From NCBI RefSeq assembly GCF_003918875.1, contig NW_025765324.1:152041-199535 (forward strand): a stretch of 47,495 nucleotides of DNA, in the 5' to 3' direction. The DNA is from Haliotis rubra (Eukaryota). A program made the translations under genes and the position numbers. The first letter of the stretch is position 1; each line of letters starts with the position of its first letter. The notes beneath the pieces were generated by a model. That model searched no databases and had not been told where the DNA came from. It saw nothing but the letters and a program-made list of their open reading frames with translations. Positions 44,480 through 47,495 of the stretch are shown one piece after another.

Positions 44480-45556
44480 CAGTATATGTTTCATCACCTA
44501 TAACAGTAGACATGAACCTGAACACTAAAATGTATGTTTTTTCCAGGCACATGAACAGTTTGTAGATGTCGCCGGCACGCCATACTTTCTTCAACTGACC
44601 AAGCACATGTTTGACTCAAGGAGTTGAGCTGATGAATTGAAACACCCAGATATCCCACCAAAGGTGAATTTGTGGCACAACAAGAAGAAGGAGGAAGTGT
44701 TCCACAGAATCATGGACCAACTTTGGATACCATGTTCATTCCACCATTGACAAGAAAAGGTTTGTGTTTTTCTTTCATTATGTGCAAGCCTTACAATTCA
44801 TAATTTCAGTTAATGAAATGGAGTGCTGTTATGATTTTCATTTAGAACATAAATACAGTATTTCAATGAAACAATATGCTGGAAGGATTTCAAAGGTTTT
44901 GCTAATAACAGTTATGGTAACATTAAGTTTCAATATGTTTCAATTGTAGGCTCTTTTTCTGTTTTTCTCAACAATAAAAGGTAAAAAGGTTCTGTAATGT
45001 TGTTTGAAATTGTACTGTTTATTCATGTTTATATGATAATATCATATTTCAAACCGGTGTTGTTTATACCCCTAGAAATCTCTGAAGCAGGAACGCGGCA
45101 ACTTGACAGTCACAGGGCAGACTAACACAAAGTTGACTGTTCCGTGGTTAACAACCAAATACAAGTCCGAAGTTGGTGTCTGGGAATCTTTTGTGCTTAC
45201 TGCGACTCCGGCTAACAAGTTGAGCATGGGGTATTTGTGCTCCCTCCCAGGTTAACAACCCCAGTTCTTATCAACAAAGATGTGTTAATGGAAGATGATC
45301 TCCACAACTATGTGGTTAACTTCATGAACTGGTAATTTTGTCATCCCTTGTTCTTCAAGATGCTATCTCAGAAGGCAACATGTACTTGAACAACATCACT
45401 CTGAAGTTCATGATACCATATTTCTACTCACACTCAGCTCTGTCAAAATACATGTCGGAGTGTATTGACTATATTCTGAAAACTGAGATCATGCTGTCCT
45501 CCCAGCGATGGCTATGAGAGTACGTGCTGCATCATTTGTGAATCCCACTGGCAGAC

Positions 45557-45973
45557 ATGGCCACAACAAAGCAGCTGGATATGCAAAAGGAAAATCAGGT
45601 CCTGGTGTTAAAAGGTCTGATAAAAGGTCTTGGAGCCAACAAGACAGAGAGGTCAATTGTTAAGATATCCAAAGTTGCTCCAGTTGTTGAAAGCATCAAT
45701 GATAACGTTGTCTCAATGACAAAATCTGCTGACTATCACACAAGTCACAGACAGAGATCATCTTCGGATGACATCAAGGAGATACTGTCTGTCCTGCAGG
45801 CCAGTAACCCATGGAAAGTTACTCCTGGTAGGCAACTGAAAGGTTTCAAGGAATTAGTCAGTCCCCATTTTCCTTCAACGCAACAGATGAGAAACAGCAT
45901 CCAGACTAATGTGGACCGCCTGAAAAGGGAGTTGTCTTTTCTGCCTGATGATGATGAAGTGGAGGAAAACTGA
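45557..45973 (+). CDS. Uncharacterised 138-aa ORF (…DDIKEILSVLQASNPWKVTPGRQLKGFKELVSPHFPSTQQMRNSIQTNVDRLKRELSFLPDDDEVEEN*). It may be a C-terminal exon of a host gene or a repeat-derived ORF.
   Basis: ORF track only. Adjacent protein-like fragments lie at 45061-45240 (KSLKQERGNLTVTGQTNTKLTVPWLTTKYKSEVGVWESFVLTATPANKLSMGYLCSLPG*). Confidence 0.15.
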   Translation: MATTKQLDMQKENQVLVLKGLIKGLGANKTERSIVKISKVAPVVESINDNVVSMTKSADYHTSHRQRSSSDDIKEILSVLQASNPWKVTPGRQLKGFKELVSPHFPSTQQMRNSIQTNVDRLKRELSFLPDDDEVEEN

Positions 45974-47495
45974 CTGTAAAATAAGGGAATGAAACTTATA
46001 CACTATCCACAGTTCCCACAATATTTTTAGATTCCCTGTGAACAGGTTCACTCAAACTTGTAGTTTGTGAAAGTAAAGCCACTTAATGATTCATGTTGTT
46101 CAAGGACTGTGCCAGTGAAATCAAGCTTTACTTTATCTGTGTAACATTAGAACCTTAAATATTCTTTTGTGCATGCAGTTTTGGTGATATACAGGGCAAG
46201 GACTGTAATTGTGTTATCACATTGGTCAGGATTAAAGGACAGGTGACAATATTTGTATGATTAACGTTTTCAATGTTGTTATTTCAATGTAAATAGTTAT
46301 GATAAATGATAACACAAAAGGCCAATTAACCATAATAGGTAAAAAAATTAATTCTGGACTTTGAGACAATCTCCATCATTCATTATGATCATGTGACATA
46401 TGTGTTGCACCAGAACTGGGATAACGCACCAGAACTGTGGATAACTAATATGGAGAATTATACGCCTTACTGTCAACTATGCATTTAATCGACAAACAAT
46501 TATTAAGATCAAAATCAGCTGCACAACTCGCGTCCTTTATTTTTAACTACTGATCGCAGTAAAAATGCCAATGGCAGCCCATAGTCGATGTCCGCCATAA
46601 TAGCTAAACATAGCAGCTGCAGAAAATGTAGGAAACTGAAACTGAAACCAAATAGAATTCATTTTCATACACTTTACTGTAATTACTCTACTAGCTTAAA
46701 ATGCAAGTAGAGCCACCAATTCCAATGTTCCTGGTTGTGGATGCTGAATTTAGGTGTCAGGTGTTTTTCATTCATTTTTATTCATGATGATTCATTCATT
46801 CCCAGAAATGGTTACTGCCTCAACTTGAAAATATGACTTTCTTGGGCAATATCCATGTTGATATTCTAAAATATAGCCAATTATTCCATTTTTAACAATA
46901 TATGTGTATGCCCACAAATAGAACCAGAAAATATAGCGATGTGAATGGTATTGATTTGATTTATAGTTGAATAATTATGCTAATATGTGTAAAAAATATA
47001 GTAAGTTGTATCTAAACATCGGTAAAGCCTGGCCATTTTTGCAGTGTTTTATGTAATAATACGCAGTAAATAGTTTTTAAAAAGAACGGGAATAAAAGAA
47101 AATTAAATTATGTCATAATTATTTTTTAATGATGTTACATCCATTCTTGATGGGTATGTATGTATAACAATTCAAGCTTGTTTTGGGATTGGGCTATTTG
47201 TGTTATGCCATTTGTGAGAGAGTATATAAGAGATTGGTATGTTGCTTGGTCTATACTTTTCAGAGAATATTTCTTATGAAATACTTCAAAAAATATACAG
47301 GTTCATGTACACATATCATGACACTGCAAAAGAGTGGTGATCTATTATTTATAATGGTAGGGTGTATTCAGTAACACGCCATCACACATAATACTCATGC
47401 TGCTGATAATGCTGAGTGAAAGGTTCAGTTAAAGTTCTCATCCCCAAACAAGCTTACTATGGGCCCCTAAGCAGTTAGTGGCCCCTATTTTGCAA

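Noticed and set aside
1-47495. Prokaryotic defence, toxin-antitoxin or operon-type novel systems
   Set aside because: The window is plainly eukaryotic: a multi-exon PUF60 gene with GT-AG introns, SINEs with TSDs, and telomeric repeats. No prokaryotic gene organisation is present. The novel-system candidate here is the Polinton and its unexplained right arm.

Overview
This window is eukaryotic nuclear DNA, probably a marine invertebrate genome, not a prokaryotic island. The evidence: it is AT-rich, CpG-poor outside a few islands, contains GT-AG introns, tRNA-derived SINEs with target-site duplications (TSDs), and (TTAGGG)n-like motifs. Main contents by position: (a) an NHP2-like (H/ACA snoRNP) first coding exon with its promoter at about 2.9-3.1 kb on the minus strand. 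(b) A complete 13-exon ortholog of the splicing factor PUF60 (RRM1, RRM2 and the C-terminal UHM domain) on the plus strand from about 6.7 to 22.2 kb. Its introns are full of SINEs, MITE-like elements and satellite arrays. (c) A hAT transposase remnant at 23.8-24.5 kb. (d) The most notable object: a 14.7-kb Polinton/Maverick self-synthesising transposon at 26834-41510, flanked by about 200-bp terminal inverted repeats (TIRs) and a CTTTC direct repeat. It carries a retroviral-type (rve) integrase and a protein-primed family-B DNA polymerase. The polymerase has an N-terminal OTU-like cysteine protease domain and a Rho_N/SAP-like motif pair upstream. An A32/FtsK-like packaging ATPase is also present. 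All three core genes are broken by frameshifts or in-frame TGA codons. The right third of the element (about 35.4-41.3 kb) is CpG-rich and poor in open reading frames, with no recognisable capsid or protease genes. (e) At least two tRNA-derived SINE families with intact 11-14 bp TSDs, in seven copies or fragments. (f) Several minisatellite or satellite arrays. One has a palindromic 30-bp unit, one contains interstitial telomeric repeats, and some are carried by hairpin-headed non-autonomous elements. No genuine tRNA or rRNA genes, CRISPR arrays or operons are present.
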